64,000 nucleotides of DNA from Octopus sinensis (lineage: Eukaryota): NCBI RefSeq assembly GCF_006345805.1, contig NC_042999.1, positions 167,896,001 to 167,960,000 on the forward strand, read 5' to 3'. Positions 1 to 13,861 of the stretch are shown here, piece by piece. The translations under genes were made by a program, and so were the position numbers. Positions within the stretch are counted from its first letter, which is position 1, and each line of letters opens with the position of its first letter. The notes under the pieces were generated by a model that saw nothing but the letters and a program-made list of their open reading frames with translations, was not told the origin of the DNA and did not search any database.

Positions 1-685
1 CCTTTAAGATGGTGCTCCAGAATGACTACAGTCAAATGACTGAAAAAAGTAAAAGGATATTATATAATTACTACAATAGGTACAATTTTATATGTTAATT
101 ATGTTACCTGACCAGCATGGAAAACATTGGATGTTGATGATGTGTACACTTTTGTTACTGACACTATTATTGTTACCTTTGGTCATGTTGTTCATCAGAC
201 TATTGCTGTCTATGTGTTTGTGTATCTCTTTGTTTCATTCTTATATTTTTCTGCCTATTTGTATTTGAATTTTGTTTTAAGAAGAAAAAATTGTTTTTGC
301 ATATTCTAAGCTTGTTTCATTTTGCTTTGAAGAGACATATTCAGTGCTGCACCTTTCTTGTTTATAGTTTGTGTTATTCACATATTTCATAAAGACACAT
401 TGAAATAAGTATACAGAAATTGTTACAACTGAGAATCAAAAACTAAATTGCAAACTTTTTTTTATTTTTACTAAGAACATATGAAACTCCACCAAAGCAA
501 TTGGAAATTTTCCTGAATTATTAGTTTGGTAGCAAAAAGAAATAGGTGTGTGTGAGTGTGTGCATTTGTTTATGTGGATGCAAGTACTTAAAAAAAATGC
601 TTTGTAAATCTGTTTCCCAGTTGTATTTATGGTGACCCCCCCCCCCAAAAAAAGGGTGAAAATCCTTCCCAAGTCATATAGACTC

Positions 686-873
686 ATAGGGCCGGTTCCC
701 CACCTGGATGGGACGCCAGTCCATTGCAGGATTACTCATTTTTGCCATCTGAATCAACTGGAGCAACATGAAATGAAGTATTTTTCTCAAGAACACAATG
801 TGTCACCTGGTCCAGGAGTCAAAACCACAATCTTACAAGCGTGAGTCCAACACCCTAACCACAAAGCCATATA
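686..873 (-). mobile_element. tRNA-derived CORE-type SINE, family E (5' part)
   Basis: Reverse complement gives a head with A/B-box-like motifs followed by CORE-like ttcttgagaaaaatacttc...gctccagttgattcag; homologous to 6540-6760, 23421-23641, 32010-32200, 48551-48945. Confidence 0.7.
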
Positions 874-1112
874 CCTCCACACTAATAAGAAGTGAAAATA
901 TTTTTTTAAAATATAAAAAAGACTAAGTGATTTTTAAATATAAAAAAACTAAGTGGTTCTATATTGACACAACTTTCCAATTGAAATTTAGATTTAGAAT
1001 GTTATCAAAGCAGAATATTATCATTTCTATACCTACTTAATATTGAATAGATCATGGTATCTAGTGCTATTGGGGGGAGCATATTTTCTCAATAATATTA
1101 ATTAAAAGTCCA

Positions 1113-1310
1113 ATCCATGCCAGACGAAGCTGGCGAACGGCCATGCTTGGATGGTGTTTTTTACGTGCCACCGGCACGGAGGCCAGGCGAGGCTGGCATG
1201 GTCACGATCAGATGGTGTTTGTTACGTGCCCACAGCACGGAGGCCAGTCGATGCGGTACTGGCTACGGCCACGTTCGGATGGTTTTGTTATGTGCCACCG
1301 GCACTGGTAC
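1113..1310 (-). mobile_element. RTE LINE 3' UTR fragment (tandem hairpin units)
   Basis: Three units of ttttacgtgccaccggcac..., matching the 3' UTR of the RTE copy at 46270-46450. Confidence 0.75.
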
Positions 1311-1798
1311 CACAAAAATACAAATTCCTTTGATGTTCATCGATTTTGATTCCGTGCATGTATTAGTCCTTACCTGAGACTACTTCTGGTTCTACAATAG
1401 AAACTAAACTCTTTATTATTTTCAAAATCAATTGAAATAAAGGCAGGTTTTTTCAATAGGAACATGGTAATGAAGGGGTTAAAATTGTTGATGTTCACTT
1501 CTAACAAATTGTTGTGGCTTACAGACAGGTATTTTGTACTTAAAATAGTCTGCTAAATTCACAACCTGGTATACTTTAAATATAAAATCACAAGAATATA
1601 TTCTACAATAAGTCTACTGTTGTAATAATGTCACATTTGCTAGCTTGTCTTCTGTTGTAATCTCCTTATGCTTGAACTCTGCTTATTACTACTGGTTGCT
1701 GTATGCAGCTGCCATCTATCCTGACTGATCATATAGACATGATTAAACAAATTTATGCTACACAGTTGGTTGAATGATAGATCAAATTTGATCCTACA

Positions 1799-2039
1799 TA
1801 CTCTTTACTCTTTACTTGTTTCAGTCCTTTGACTGTGGCCATGCTGAAGCACTGCCTTTAGTTGAGCAAATCAACCCCAGGACTTATTCTTTGTAAGCCC
1901 AGTACTTATTCTATCATTCTCTTTTGCTGAACCGCTAAGTTATGGTGACATAAACACACCTGCATCGGTTGTCAAGTGATGTTGGGGGGACAAACACAGA
2001 CACACAAACATATACTCACATACATATATACATACAGAC

Positions 2040-2092
<53 letters not shown>

Positions 2093-2262
2093 CACATATA
2101 CGACGGGCTTCTTTCAGTTTCCGTCTACCAAATCCATTCACAAGGCTTTGGTCGGCCCGAGGCTATAGTAGAAGACACTTGCCCAAGGTGCCACGCAGTG
2201 GGACTGAACCTGGAACCATATGGTTGGTAAGCAAGCGACTTACCACACAGCCACTCCTACAC
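1799..2262 (-). mobile_element. Dominant tRNA-derived CORE-type SINE, family A
   Basis: Head ggagtggctgtgtggtaag (A box) / ggttcagtcc (B box), CORE-like cttgggcaagtgtctt, central (TA/TG)n tract, tail gcatggccacagtcaaaggactgaaacaag(taaagag)n. Confidence 0.9.
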
Positions 2263-2443
2263 CACTCATACATATAAGATCTGCTGGCACTATAGACCTT
2301 GGCAATCAGAGCCAAATGATTAAACTGATCTATGTCATATCGGAATTTCGTATAGTAACCCTGAGAGAATGAGACTCACGCACACACACAGGAAATGGAC
2401 TCAGCCAGAATATGAGATTTGTTGGTCTTCTGCATTTGTATAT

Positions 2444-2843
2444 TCTCTTTTACTCTTTTACTTGTTTCAGTCATTTGACTGCGGCCATGCTGGAGCACCA
2501 CCTTTAGTCGAACAAATCGACCCCGGGACTTATTCTTTGTAAGCCCAGTACTTATTCTATCGGTCTCTTTTGCCGAACCGCTAAGAGACGGGGATGTAAA
2601 CACTACAGCATCGGTTGTCAAGCAATGCTAGGGGGACAAACACAGACACACAAACATATATATATATATATATATATATACGACAGGCTTCTTTCAGTTT
2701 CCATCTACCAAATCCACTCACAAGGCATTGGTCAGCCCGGGGCTATAGCAGAAGACACTTGCCCAAGATGCCACGCAGTGGGACTGAACCCGGAACCATG
2801 TGGTTGGTTAGCAAGCTACTACCACACAGCCACTCCTGCGCCT
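2444..2843 (-). mobile_element. SINE family A, near-intact
   Basis: Full head-CORE-microsatellite-tail architecture, nearly identical to 11135-11540 and 51917-52324. Confidence 0.92.
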
Positions 2844-2931
2844 ATAGTCACAGTTTTCATAGGTCTAATAAGGTTGTAAGATTATTATTGATGTTGTTGC
2901 TATTTTTGTGTACTTTTGATGTTTGGTATGG

Positions 2932-2972
<41 letters not shown>

Positions 2973-3574
2973 AAAATACTGTTGTACCAGTGTTCTGGGT
3001 GAGCTGTAGTTGTGTTGGGAGACTGAAGAGTGAAACACGTGTCTGTGTGTCAGGAGGTGATTGGACATGTGTCTGGTATTTAGAATGATTGAACAACATG
3101 AAGAAAATAAACAAGAATTGAATCTTTCTAAAAGGGGGGGAACATATGGAAAAATTCAAACCTTGTTTATTTTCTTGAAGTTGAGTTTATTTTTGATGTG
3201 TGTGGTGTGTTGTGTTTGAGGCTGCCTTTAGTTTATGTTGGTTAACAATTTCAGTTGTGTCGTTAGAGTTCTTTTTTGTGTGTGTGAGTGTGTGTGTGTG
3301 TGGCCTTTTTGGATCGGTTATATATTTTTCTTTTCTTTTCTTTTTTTTTTTTGGTTGCTTCTATTTTTATTTTTCAACAAATAAAATTAGAAGCATACCT
3401 TCTTCGTATCTATGTTGGCGTTACTGAAATCTGTCTCTTAGTGAATGTAGTTCAACTGGGCTTTTTTGAAGTTTGCAAGAATGTTTTTACTGTGTGAGTG
3501 AGATATGACAATGATGGTCTAATGTGAGTTGAGGAATTATTAACCATTTGGTTGCTGAGACACTACCCTGAAGA

Positions 3575-3912
3575 ATTTTTTAGTCAAATGTATTGATCCC
3601 AGTACTTTTTTTTTTTAAAACCTGGTATCTATTCTATTGCTCTTTTTTGTTGAACCACTAAGTTATGGGGACATAAATACACCAATACCAGTTGTCAAGT
3701 GGTGGGAGGAGAGAAACAGATACAAAAGCACTCACACACACATATATACAATGGGCTTCTTTCAGTTCCCGTCTACCAAATTCATGCACAAGACTTTGGT
3801 TGACCTGAAGCTATAGTAAAAGACACTTGTCCAAGGCACCATGCAGTGGGACTGAACCCAAAATCATGTGGTTGGGAAGTAAGCTTCTTACCACACAGCC
3901 ACTCCTGCACCT
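3575..3912 (-). mobile_element. SINE family A, older diverged copy
   Basis: Same architecture with many substitutions. Confidence 0.8.
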
Positions 3913-5084
3913 ATGCATTTGTAAGTTTGAGTCTCATTTTGCTGGATTTCTCTAATGTTTTGTGCTCAATTTTTGTTCAACTTTATGCTACTGTTGTATA
4001 TTATGTATATCATGAAGATTCTTTCATGATACTATTTGACTTGTTTCATTAGGCTTGTTAACACTGATTAATGAAGGTTAATGCACTGAGATTGTAAGTT
4101 TCTTTCTTACTGTAATATGACTATCTAGAAAGAACTTCCACTATTCATAGTTGTTTATTGTGATATTTGTTACACTAGTAGCTCCCTCCCCTTTACATAT
4201 CCACATACCACTTGCAGTTCTTTGTTGAGATATTAGAGTACTATTAGACCCCCTTTTTTAAAAAAAAAAGCAAAAATAAAATTTCATAAACTAAGCTGTT
4301 CTATGTTGTATTATTGATGTTACCTAAACGTTAGGCTTCTCTTCTTCCTCACAGCAAAATAATTTATTCTAATTTATGAACATTTTGTACTTAGCGTTTG
4401 CTGACACAAAACTCTCACTAGTTTTCTCAACATCTACTGTTGTAATGACCTTGGTTTTAATGATGCCAGTTTAATACATTCATACATACATACATGAATA
4501 TGTGTGTGTGTGTGTGTGTAATATATATATGAATATATATATATATACATATATGTGTATATGTATGTATATATATACATACACACATATACACACATAC
4601 GTATATATATATATGCACATATACATGCACAAACACACTTGCCAGTGGAAGTAAAGATAGTACTTAGATAACCTGCCTTGTTGAGAGGTTGATAATAGCA
4701 AAAGTAATCAAATATCTTTAACTAAGATCTTAAATGTTTCAGAGTAATTAAGATTTGTTTGAAGAAAATGAAAGGAAAATCTAATCATGTAGACAAATGA
4801 AACAAAATACGCCACAAATCTGTATTTATAACAATATTTATATTCGACATCATCAAAGCATTTGTTCATTAGTTTAAATTTATTAATCTGTTTTGTATTA
4901 AACCTATGTTACTTTAGGTTTAATTTGAAGTTGAATTTGGGGGTGTCCATATGATTCTTGAGTGTCCATACAAGATTTTGTTGTTAAAAATTATGTGCAA
5001 TAAATTGGTTATACTTCCACAATACACAAAATATTTTGATTATTATTTATACGCAATTCCTAATAATATTTAAGTACTGAAGAA

Positions 5085-5660
5085 AAACCTCAGGATGCTG
5101 ACCCTTTCAGACAAGATGACAAAGGACCGAGATGCCTGGCACCTTGCCGTCTTCAAGAAGACCTGTACTCCACAACAGAAGTGTTAAAGTCCATCCCTCT
5201 GGTGGCAGTGCCATGTAAATGTAACCTATTTCTTTATTACCCACAAGGGGCTGAACATAGAGGGGACAAACATAGACAGACATAGGTATTGAGTCGATTA
5301 TATCGACCCCAGTGCGTAACTGGTACTTAATTTATCGACCCCGAAAGGATGAAAGGCAAAGTCGACCTCGGCGGAATTTGAACTCACAACGTAACGGCAG
5401 ACGAAATACCGCTAAGCATTTCACCCGACGTGCTAACGATTCTGCTAGCTCGCCGTAAATGTAACCGTGTGGCAGCACCATGTGAAACACCCATGTAGTG
5501 CCACATAAAAGCACGCAGCATACTCTGTAAATGGTTAGGAAGGGCATCCAGCCACAGAAATCATGCCAAATCAGACTGGAGTCTGGAGTCTATTAGCTCT
5601 GGTCAAACCATTCCACCCATGCCAGCATGGACAACGGACATTAAACAATAACGATGAAAA
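5085..5660 (+). mobile_element. RTE LINE 3' fragment (older), interrupted by SINE B
   Basis: Starts with ORF-end remnant LRMLTLSDKMTKDRDAWHLAVFKKT (cf. LRTLGLTEEMTRDRDLWKCAVREKT at 46.7 kb) and ends in cccatgccagcatggacaacggacattaaac plus a degenerate (GAT)n tail. Confidence 0.7.
5227..5454 (-). mobile_element. tRNA-derived SINE family B (possibly Meta-domain type)
   Basis: Central tttgcctttcatcctttcggggtcgataaattaagtaccag; flanked by 12-bp TSD gtaaatgtaacc (5215-5226, 5455-5466). Domain name is from memory, not a search. Confidence 0.85.
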
Positions 5661-6922
5661 ATATAAAAGGATTTTTTAAAACACTGAGTGGCTATGAGGG
5701 TCCAGTAAAATAAAATAGGAATCAAAGAGGTTCATAAGTAAAAAAAAAAAAAGGGTTGAGAAGCACTGACATAACTCCTAAATCTGTTTAACAGAGATGC
5801 TTTAGGGAAGCAATGCAATCAATGAGGTTTTGAGTAAATTAGAAAGTTAATTGCTATTGTTGGTAATATCTCTTGATCTTTCATCTGGTATATAACATTC
5901 TGAATGATGGTTTTAATAACCTGATTGAGCAGGCCTTTGACAAAAGGTAATCTAGCTATGACCATTCCATAATCATTTTTAAGGATATGCAAGATTACAT
6001 TATCTAATGTGTCCTTTATTTAAGATGGCAGGGTGTGATTTGAGAAGGATTACATTACTGTTTCTAAAAAATCAAGCAGCCATACTGAGGTACTCTTACT
6101 TGACTGCTTGACCTGCTAGAAATAGTCTGGTCAGTTAAGGTTGACCCTTAAGAGATAGCAATAGTATTGAACTAAGCTACTTTTCGGCACCTACTTGCAA
6201 CTTAAAGTAACTGAGCTGTTAATAGCTAAAGGCTTTGGCAATATGCACAACATAGCAGCAAGAGGATTTGAACCACCATCCTCTCGCTTAAATGACTGGT
6301 ATTTTATTGACACAGCTTTCTTTACTCTCATCCTAAAACCTTAAATTTGAAAGTTTGATTTTTTTAACCGAAGATAGATTTTTTTTTTTTTTAATGGAGA
6401 ACTTTTGTTGTTATACAAAGCAAGTTGATTAACCACTGAAAGTAACTCAATGTAGTCAATCAACCTGCTAGAAATACAAACCAATCACCTTCACATCACA
6501 CGATCTTGACAATTGACAAATCCCCTTAGCCCCTTTGAGGTTGTTGAGGTGCTGCCCCTTTGAGGTTGTTGAGGGTAAGAATGGCTGGTGGAGCCCATCC
6601 CTCTCCAGGCTAAATTCATTTCTACAGCTGAGTGAACCGGATCAACATGAAATAAAGTGTTTTGCTCAAGAACCCATGCATCACTTGGTCCAGGAATCAA
6701 ACCCACAATCTTATGGTCATGAGTCCAACACCCTAACCACTAAGCCATCAGCCTCCACACAATCTTACAAGAAAAAAAAAAAGGAAATAATAAAATGAGA
6801 GCAATTCACATTTAATGATGTGATCCTGAGTCCAATGCATTTGAATAGATTATGAAATAGTTGGGGCTGGAACACAGCAGGTTGTTGACCTGCTCAATCA
6901 AGGCTAATCTGAGACTACTTTT

Positions 6923-7633
6923 TATCGTTTACTTATTTCAGTCATTGGACTGTGGCCATACTGGAACACTATCTTGAAGTGTTGTAGTCAAACAAATCAA
7001 CCATGTTTAAAGTCTGGTGCTTATTCTATTATTTCCTTTTGCTGAACTACTAAGTTATGAGTACATAAACAAACCAATACCAATGGTCAGTGGGGCAACA
7101 CAAAGACACATACATGCATGCACACACACACACATTCTTTTTTTTCCTATTACTTGTTTCAGTTATTAGACTGTGACCATGCTGAGGCCCCCCCCCCCCC
7201 CGAAGAATTTTAGTCGAACAAATCAATCCCAGGACTTATTATTTTTTGTGAAGTTTGTTTCTTATTTTATCAAGCTCTTTTGCTTGACCATTAATTTACA
7301 AGGATGTAAACATACCAACACCAGTTGTCAAGGGGCAGTGGGGTTAAATACATACACAAAGACACACACATTCACACACAACAAGCTTCTTCCAGTTCCC
7401 ATCCATCAAATCTGCTCACAAGGCTTTGGTTGGCATGAGGCTATAGCACACGACACTGGCCCAAGGTGCCATGCTGTGGGACTGAACCCAGAACCATGTG
7501 GTTGGGAAGCAAGTTCACCAAATCCATTCATTAGACTTTTCCTCAGCCTTGCCCAAGGTACCATGCAGTGGGACTGAACCCAAAACCATGTAATTGAGAA
7601 GCGAACTTCTTACCACATAGCCATTCCTGTACC
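6923..7633 (-). mobile_element. Cluster of diverged SINE A copies (3' part, full copy, extra 5' head)
   Basis: Segments 6923-7120, 7140-7514 and 7535-7633 each align to parts of family A. Confidence 0.75.
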
Positions 7634-8195
7634 TAAAACAACAAAAGTAAAATTAAAAAAAAACCGAATGAAGATCCTTTTCAAGTCTCAAGTGGTTGTA
7701 GGACTGGAGGAAATGAAAACCTTAAACCTACGGAGTTGTTTTTTTTTTTTTTTTTTTCATCTACTCTTACCTGCTATAACATAATCAGAGTCCTGACATC
7801 TCATTTATTCCCTGTATATGTTAACTGTTCACTGCTATGCTACAGAACACTGTCTTACTTGACCCCTTCCCCTCCCATCTGTTTCATCTTAGCTTTTTTT
7901 CCCTTACCAGCCAGACATGGACTAACATTTAGTTAGTAGCTATTACAGATGTTAACATGGGAAGTTTGCAATGTACTTTTCTTTCTGACAAGAACACCGC
8001 ATTTACTTTATGCCAATTACAGCTGTTACACATATACATGCTACATAAACCTTATTTTCATACACACACACAAGCAGCATAATATATTGACTTCCATATA
8101 TATGCACATGTATATATATATATACATATACATATATATATAAAGGTATATATGTCTATACTTGTAAGATACACACACACATATATATATAAATT

Positions 8196-8233
<38 letters not shown>

Positions 8234-8519
8234 ATGTATATATGTCTATACTTGTATAATATATACATACATATATGTATAAATTATATATATATATATA
8301 TGTATGGGTGTGTCATATATATATATAAGTATCCTTCCCAGTAAATTGTATTGCAGTGCTTTGATACATAGAATAAATATCTGCTGGAGTCAATTATTTC
8401 TTGGTTCAGATATTTTGATAAAAATGGTGGTCCCAAATGTTTAGAATGAAAATATTATAAGTTCAATGTTCTTACGAACCCTGGTAAAATATTTACCATA
8501 ATTTTGGGATGGTAAACAT

Positions 8520-8574
8520 ATCATCATTATCATCACCATCATCATCATCATTATCACTATTATCATTATTATTA

Positions 8575-8637
<63 letters not shown>

Positions 8638-8660
8638 CATTAGTATTATTATTTTTATCA

Positions 8661-8697
<37 letters not shown>

Positions 8698-8726
8698 CAT
8701 TATTATTATTATTATCATCATCATCA

Positions 8727-8775
<49 letters not shown>

Positions 8776-8792
8776 CATCATTATTATTATCA

Positions 8793-8833
<41 letters not shown>

Positions 8834-8915
8834 GTTATTATTATTATTATCATCATTATAATCATCATCATCATCATCGTCATCATCATCATCATCATCA
8901 TCATCATTATTATAT
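8520..8915. repeat. Compound (ATT)n/(ATC)n trinucleotide tract, ~400 bp
   Basis: Directly visible; source of the poly-I/M ORF 8572-8907. Confidence 0.98.
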
Positions 8916-9139
8916 ATTATTATTCTCCTCTAGAGGGGATTATTATTGGTTTCTTAATTATCTTTATAATCATTCCTATCATCATCATGACTGTAAACAT
9001 TGTTGTATCTTCATGATTTACTTTTAAAAAGAAAAATAAATAAAATACTCCAGCTTGTGTGTGTGTGTGTGTGTGTGTATGTATACGTACACCCACACAT
9101 ACAGATATATACACATAATGCATACACATAGCTCCATAC

Positions 9140-9190
<51 letters not shown>

Positions 9191-9193
<3 letters not shown>

Positions 9194-9470
9194 GCAGGCA
9201 TCTTGGGCAAGTGTCTTCTACTATAGCCTCGGGCTGACCAAAGCCTTGTGAGTGGATTTGGTAGACAGAAACTGAAAGAAGCCTGTCGTATATATGTGTA
9301 TATATATATATGTGTGTATGTGTTTGTGTGTCTGTGTTTGTCCCCATAGCTTTGCTTGACAACCGATGCTGGGATTACAAAGAATAAGTCCCGGGGTTGA
9401 GTTGCTCGACTAAAGGCGGTGCTCCAGCATGGCCGCAGTCAAATGACTGAAACAAGTAAAAGAGTAAAAG
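9191..9470 (+). mobile_element. SINE A, headless and internally deleted
   Basis: Jumps from gatgctggg to (a)ttacaaagaataag, skipping ~75 bp present in other copies. Confidence 0.85.
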
Positions 9471-9479
9471 AATATATAT

Positions 9480-9567
<88 letters not shown>

Positions 9568-9929
9568 AATGCTCACATACATACACACATACATATATGT
9601 GTGTATGTTTATATATATGTGTGGGCACAAGCATGGCTGGAAGGTTAACAAGTTCATTTCACAATTCTGGGGTCCCATGCTCATTTCCACTATGTGATAT
9701 TTTAGGAAACACTCATTTACCATATCCTCAGGTTAACCAAAGCCTGAGTGAAATTGGGCTGATGGAAACAGTAGAGAAGCCTGTCAAATGGATAGTATTT
9801 GTAATTCAGAGGCCAGGGCACCTATGACTGTGAAATTCTTAATCAGCCTACATGTTAATTTATTAATGAGCTGAGTTGAGCAAAGAATGAAATGCTTACT
9901 GTCAAAACCAGCTAGAATCAAAGTATGCT

Positions 9930-9961
<32 letters not shown>

Positions 9962-10039
9962 AATGTGTTTGAATGAATATGCACTTTGTGCATATATAGG
10001 TCTTTGTATGTATGTGTATGAATAGTAGTTGATAAACAG

Positions 10040-10151
10040 ACAGATATGTACGTATGCGTATATATATATGTGTATGTATGTATATGTAAGTATGTATATG
10101 TACTTATGTGCGTGTATGTACATATGGATGTATATGTAAGTATGTATATAT

Positions 10152-10198
<47 letters not shown>

Positions 10199-10262
10199 CG
10201 TGTATGTATGTGTATATATTTATATATGTATGTGTATATATATATGTGTGTATATATGTATG

Positions 10263-10313
<51 letters not shown>

Positions 10314-10352
10314 CTATGTGTATATATGTATGTGTATATATGTATATATATA

Positions 10353-10413
<61 letters not shown>

Positions 10414-10640
10414 AAGTACATGTACACAAATACATATTCCGATGTATACATACATACACACACACACATATATATGTAGATATATATATACACACATGTA
10501 GATAAATATATACATTTATATATACACATACATACATATATATATATATATACATACATATATATATACATATATACACATATATATGTATATGTATGTG
10601 TATATATATATATGTATATATATATATGCGTGTGTGTGTA
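10040..10640. repeat. Long compound (TA)n/(TG)n/(CA)n microsatellite
   Basis: Directly visible; source of the many YI/VC/HT-rich ORFs. Confidence 0.97.
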
Positions 10641-11134
10641 TACATCGGAATATGTATTTGTGTACATGTACTTACATATATGCAGACAGTTATCTACAGC
10701 TATTGAATAATATATATGAAAATAACTGCACACACATTTTGTCTTAAACCATAGATATACTTTTGTGGACTTTATGAATATGGTTCTGTGTTTTATGTAC
10801 ATGTCTCTGTCTGTATGTTTATCTGTGTGTCTGTGTATCTCAATAAACATGTGTGTGTGTGTGTGTGTGTGCATGCATGTGTGTGTGTCAGTTGGTTCTA
10901 TAAACACTGATTCTGTTCAGATCAGTGAAGTTTAGAAGACCACTAAGTAAATAAGTGAAGCCGATTACTGAAGCAGCTAACCACAAATAATATGTGTGCC
11001 CTGACAACTTCATCATAACCAGGTGAGGATTGAACTTACATATAGCTCCTAAATAAATAAACAATATGATATATGTGTGTACATACAATTATGCATATGT
11101 ATGTTAACATAAATATATAATATATATATATGTA

Positions 11135-11539
11135 GGCGCAGGAGTGGCTGTGTGGTAAGTAGCTTGCTAACCAACCACATGGTTCCATGTTCAGTCCCAC
11201 TGCGTGGCATCTTGGGCAAGTGTCTTCTACTATAGCCCCGGGCCGACCAATGCCTTGTGAGTGGATTTGGTAGACGGAAACTGAAAGAAGCCTGTCATAT
11301 ATATATATGTGTGTGTGTGTTTGTGTGTCTGTGTTTGTCCCCCTAGCATTGCTTGACAACCGATGCTGGTGTGTTTATGTCCCCGTTACTTAGCGGTTCG
11401 GCAAAAAGAGACCGATAGAATAAGTACTGGGCTTACAAAAAGAATAAGTCCCGGGGTCGAGTTGCTCGATTAAAGGTCGTGCTCCAGCATGGCCGCAGTC
11501 AAATGACTGAAACAAGTAAAAGAGTAAAGAGTAAAAGAG

Positions 11540-11540
<1 letters not shown>
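11135..11540 (+). mobile_element. SINE A, near-intact
   Basis: ggcgcaggagtggctgtgtggtaag head through (taaaagag)n tail. Confidence 0.93.
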
Positions 11541-11570
<30 letters not shown>

Positions 11571-11915
11571 CCGTGTATCAAAGTGTTTATATAAATCAGT
11601 ATATAACTAGATAGACAGATAGATTGGTTCCATGTTCTGCATTCAGTCCTACCACATTGTACATGTGTGTGTGTGTGTGTTTATTTATGTATGTTTGCTT
11701 GTGTTTATCCCCCTCTCCCATCACCTCTAGACAACCAGTATTGTTCTGTTTGTGTCTCTGTAACTTAGCAGTTCAGCAAAAGAGACTGACAGGATAAGTA
11801 CCACTTCTTAAAAGAAAATGAAGTACTGGGGGGTCAATTCATTCAACTAAAATTGAAGAGGGTACCCCAGCATACCCACAGTCTAGTGGCTGAAACAAGT
11901 AAAGATAAAAGATAT

Positions 11916-11952
<37 letters not shown>

Positions 11953-11960
11953 TATATATG

Positions 11961-12017
<57 letters not shown>

Positions 12018-12018
<1 letters not shown>

Positions 12019-12092
12019 CTTTATTTAAAAGCAGCAGAAATTTAACAAAAGCTGTTACTCGGAATTTCATGTTCCCGTTCGTCGGACAGTTT
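12018..12092 (-). mobile_element. Penelope-like terminal fragment with decayed hammerhead motif and (TATC)n tail
   Basis: Minus strand: ctgt-CCGACGA-acgggaacat-GAAA-ttccga-GUA-acag; stem I ctgt/acag; U4->C and a stem II mismatch. Confidence 0.55.
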
Positions 12093-12666
12093 ATACAAGG
12101 GCTGATTTGATTAATTAAAACATTTCAAGGCAGCTACCCAACACAGTTGCAGTAAAAGAGTAAATATATATACATATATACTGGTTTCACATAAATACAT
12201 GTGAGTGTGTGTGTGTGTGTGTGGTGTGTGTGTGTGTTGCAGAATCTTGTCCCAGTTTCAACAATGAATACTCCAGTTACTCATTCCGTTGATCTACCTA
12301 CTCATTGCATTTGATTCTTTGGACATAAACCTCAAATAGAATCAGAATGACACGATAAGAGAGATGGGCTTCTAGAAAACCTGTCTATACTCCGGTATAT
12401 AGATATATATATAGATAGATAAATAGATAGATACAAATATAATAATAATATATATATATATAGATAGATAGATATAAACATGGCTTCCTTTCGCAAATAC
12501 TGATAGGGCACAGAAAGTGTGTCTATAGCCAGCTGGAGGAGGTGTCCTCCTGGGGCTACAAACTACAGTAGCATCCACCCTTAGGGGTTAGCCATATTCA
12601 AATGGCAAATATACGTCACAATGTGTTGCTGCTACTGTTTATAATTCGCTCTGAGATTTATCATTG

Positions 12667-12701
<35 letters not shown>

Positions 12702-13000
12702 GAGGTTTGGAGATAATGTACAGGTATTTTATATTAGAAGAAATGAGGTACTCAGAAAATCGGACGTTTTTATATTTACAGATATTTATTTGTATATTAC
12801 AATTTTTATATATCATATAACTTAGATCATGTATTAGCGCTTACTCCCATTCTAGTGGGGTTTTCAAATCGAACTAAGTTCCTGGCTGAAGAGTTTGGAC
12901 CATTTTATAGTGGTATTGAGTTTGTAGTGGTGGGGAGGAATATAAGACAGTACAAGAGGGTGATGGATGAGGAGAAAGTGAGAATGTGCGTATATGTGTG

Positions 13001-13040
<40 letters not shown>

Positions 13041-13523
13041 TATATATATAAACTCCTGACTTCAGTTTCAATAAAAAGAACCATATCCACTGTAACATGT
13101 ATAGAGCATTCTTTCATCATTTATTCAGCATTAAGAGAGAATGGTATATATATATATACCATTCTGAAAGATGGCTAGATAGATATCTAGCCATCTTTCA
13201 GTCCATCAAATTGCTTATATATCTATATACAGGAGTATAGACAGGTTTTCTAGAAGCCCATCTCTCTTATCGTGTCATTCTGATTCTATTTGAGGTTTAT
13301 GTCCAAAGAATCAAATGCAATGAGTAGGTAGATCAACGGAATGAGTAACTGGAGTATTCATTGTTAAAACTGGGACAAGATTCTGCAACACACACACACA
13401 CACACACACAATCACATGTATTTATGTGAAACCAGTATATATGTATATATATTTACTCTTTTACTGCAACTGTGTTGGGTAGCTGCGTTGAAATGTTTTA
13501 ATTAATCAAATCAGCCCTTGTAT
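12093..13523. repeat. Long inverted repeat, arms 12093-12409 and 13216-13523
   Basis: Arms are reverse complements with ~4 substitutions plus a (GT)n length difference. Confidence 0.95.
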
Positions 13524-13830
13524 TTTTTGTATAGGGCTCCTTTTTACCCAAACTACAAAGTTTTGTTGTCATAAACAATCAAGCTACAGAGGGAGAGACA
13601 AATACAAACACACATACTCACTCATATACATAATGTACACATTTATTTGTAACCTGATTCCTGAATGCATATGAAATTTATGTATATTTTACTGTTGAAG
13701 TAATTAGTATGATTAGATTATGAATTGTTTTGAACTTATGTAAGAACATTTCTTATAATCTATTATCATTTTAAAACCTTCTTAGATACCCCTTTCCACA
13801 TGTACACACACACACACACACACACACATG

Positions 13831-13861
<31 letters not shown>

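Noticed and set aside
10888-11088. Minus-strand ORF with KLSGHTYYLWLAASVIG, faintly like a fibronectin type III strand
   Set aside because: No supporting splice sites and only a short resemblance; likely chance.
12856-12976. Open frame GFSNRTKFLAEEFGPFYSGIEFVVVGRNIRQYKRVMDEEK between an AG and a GTGAGA
   Set aside because: Lies between two (TA)n tracts inside the inverted-repeat spacer, looks like inserted element sequence, and has no recognisable homology.
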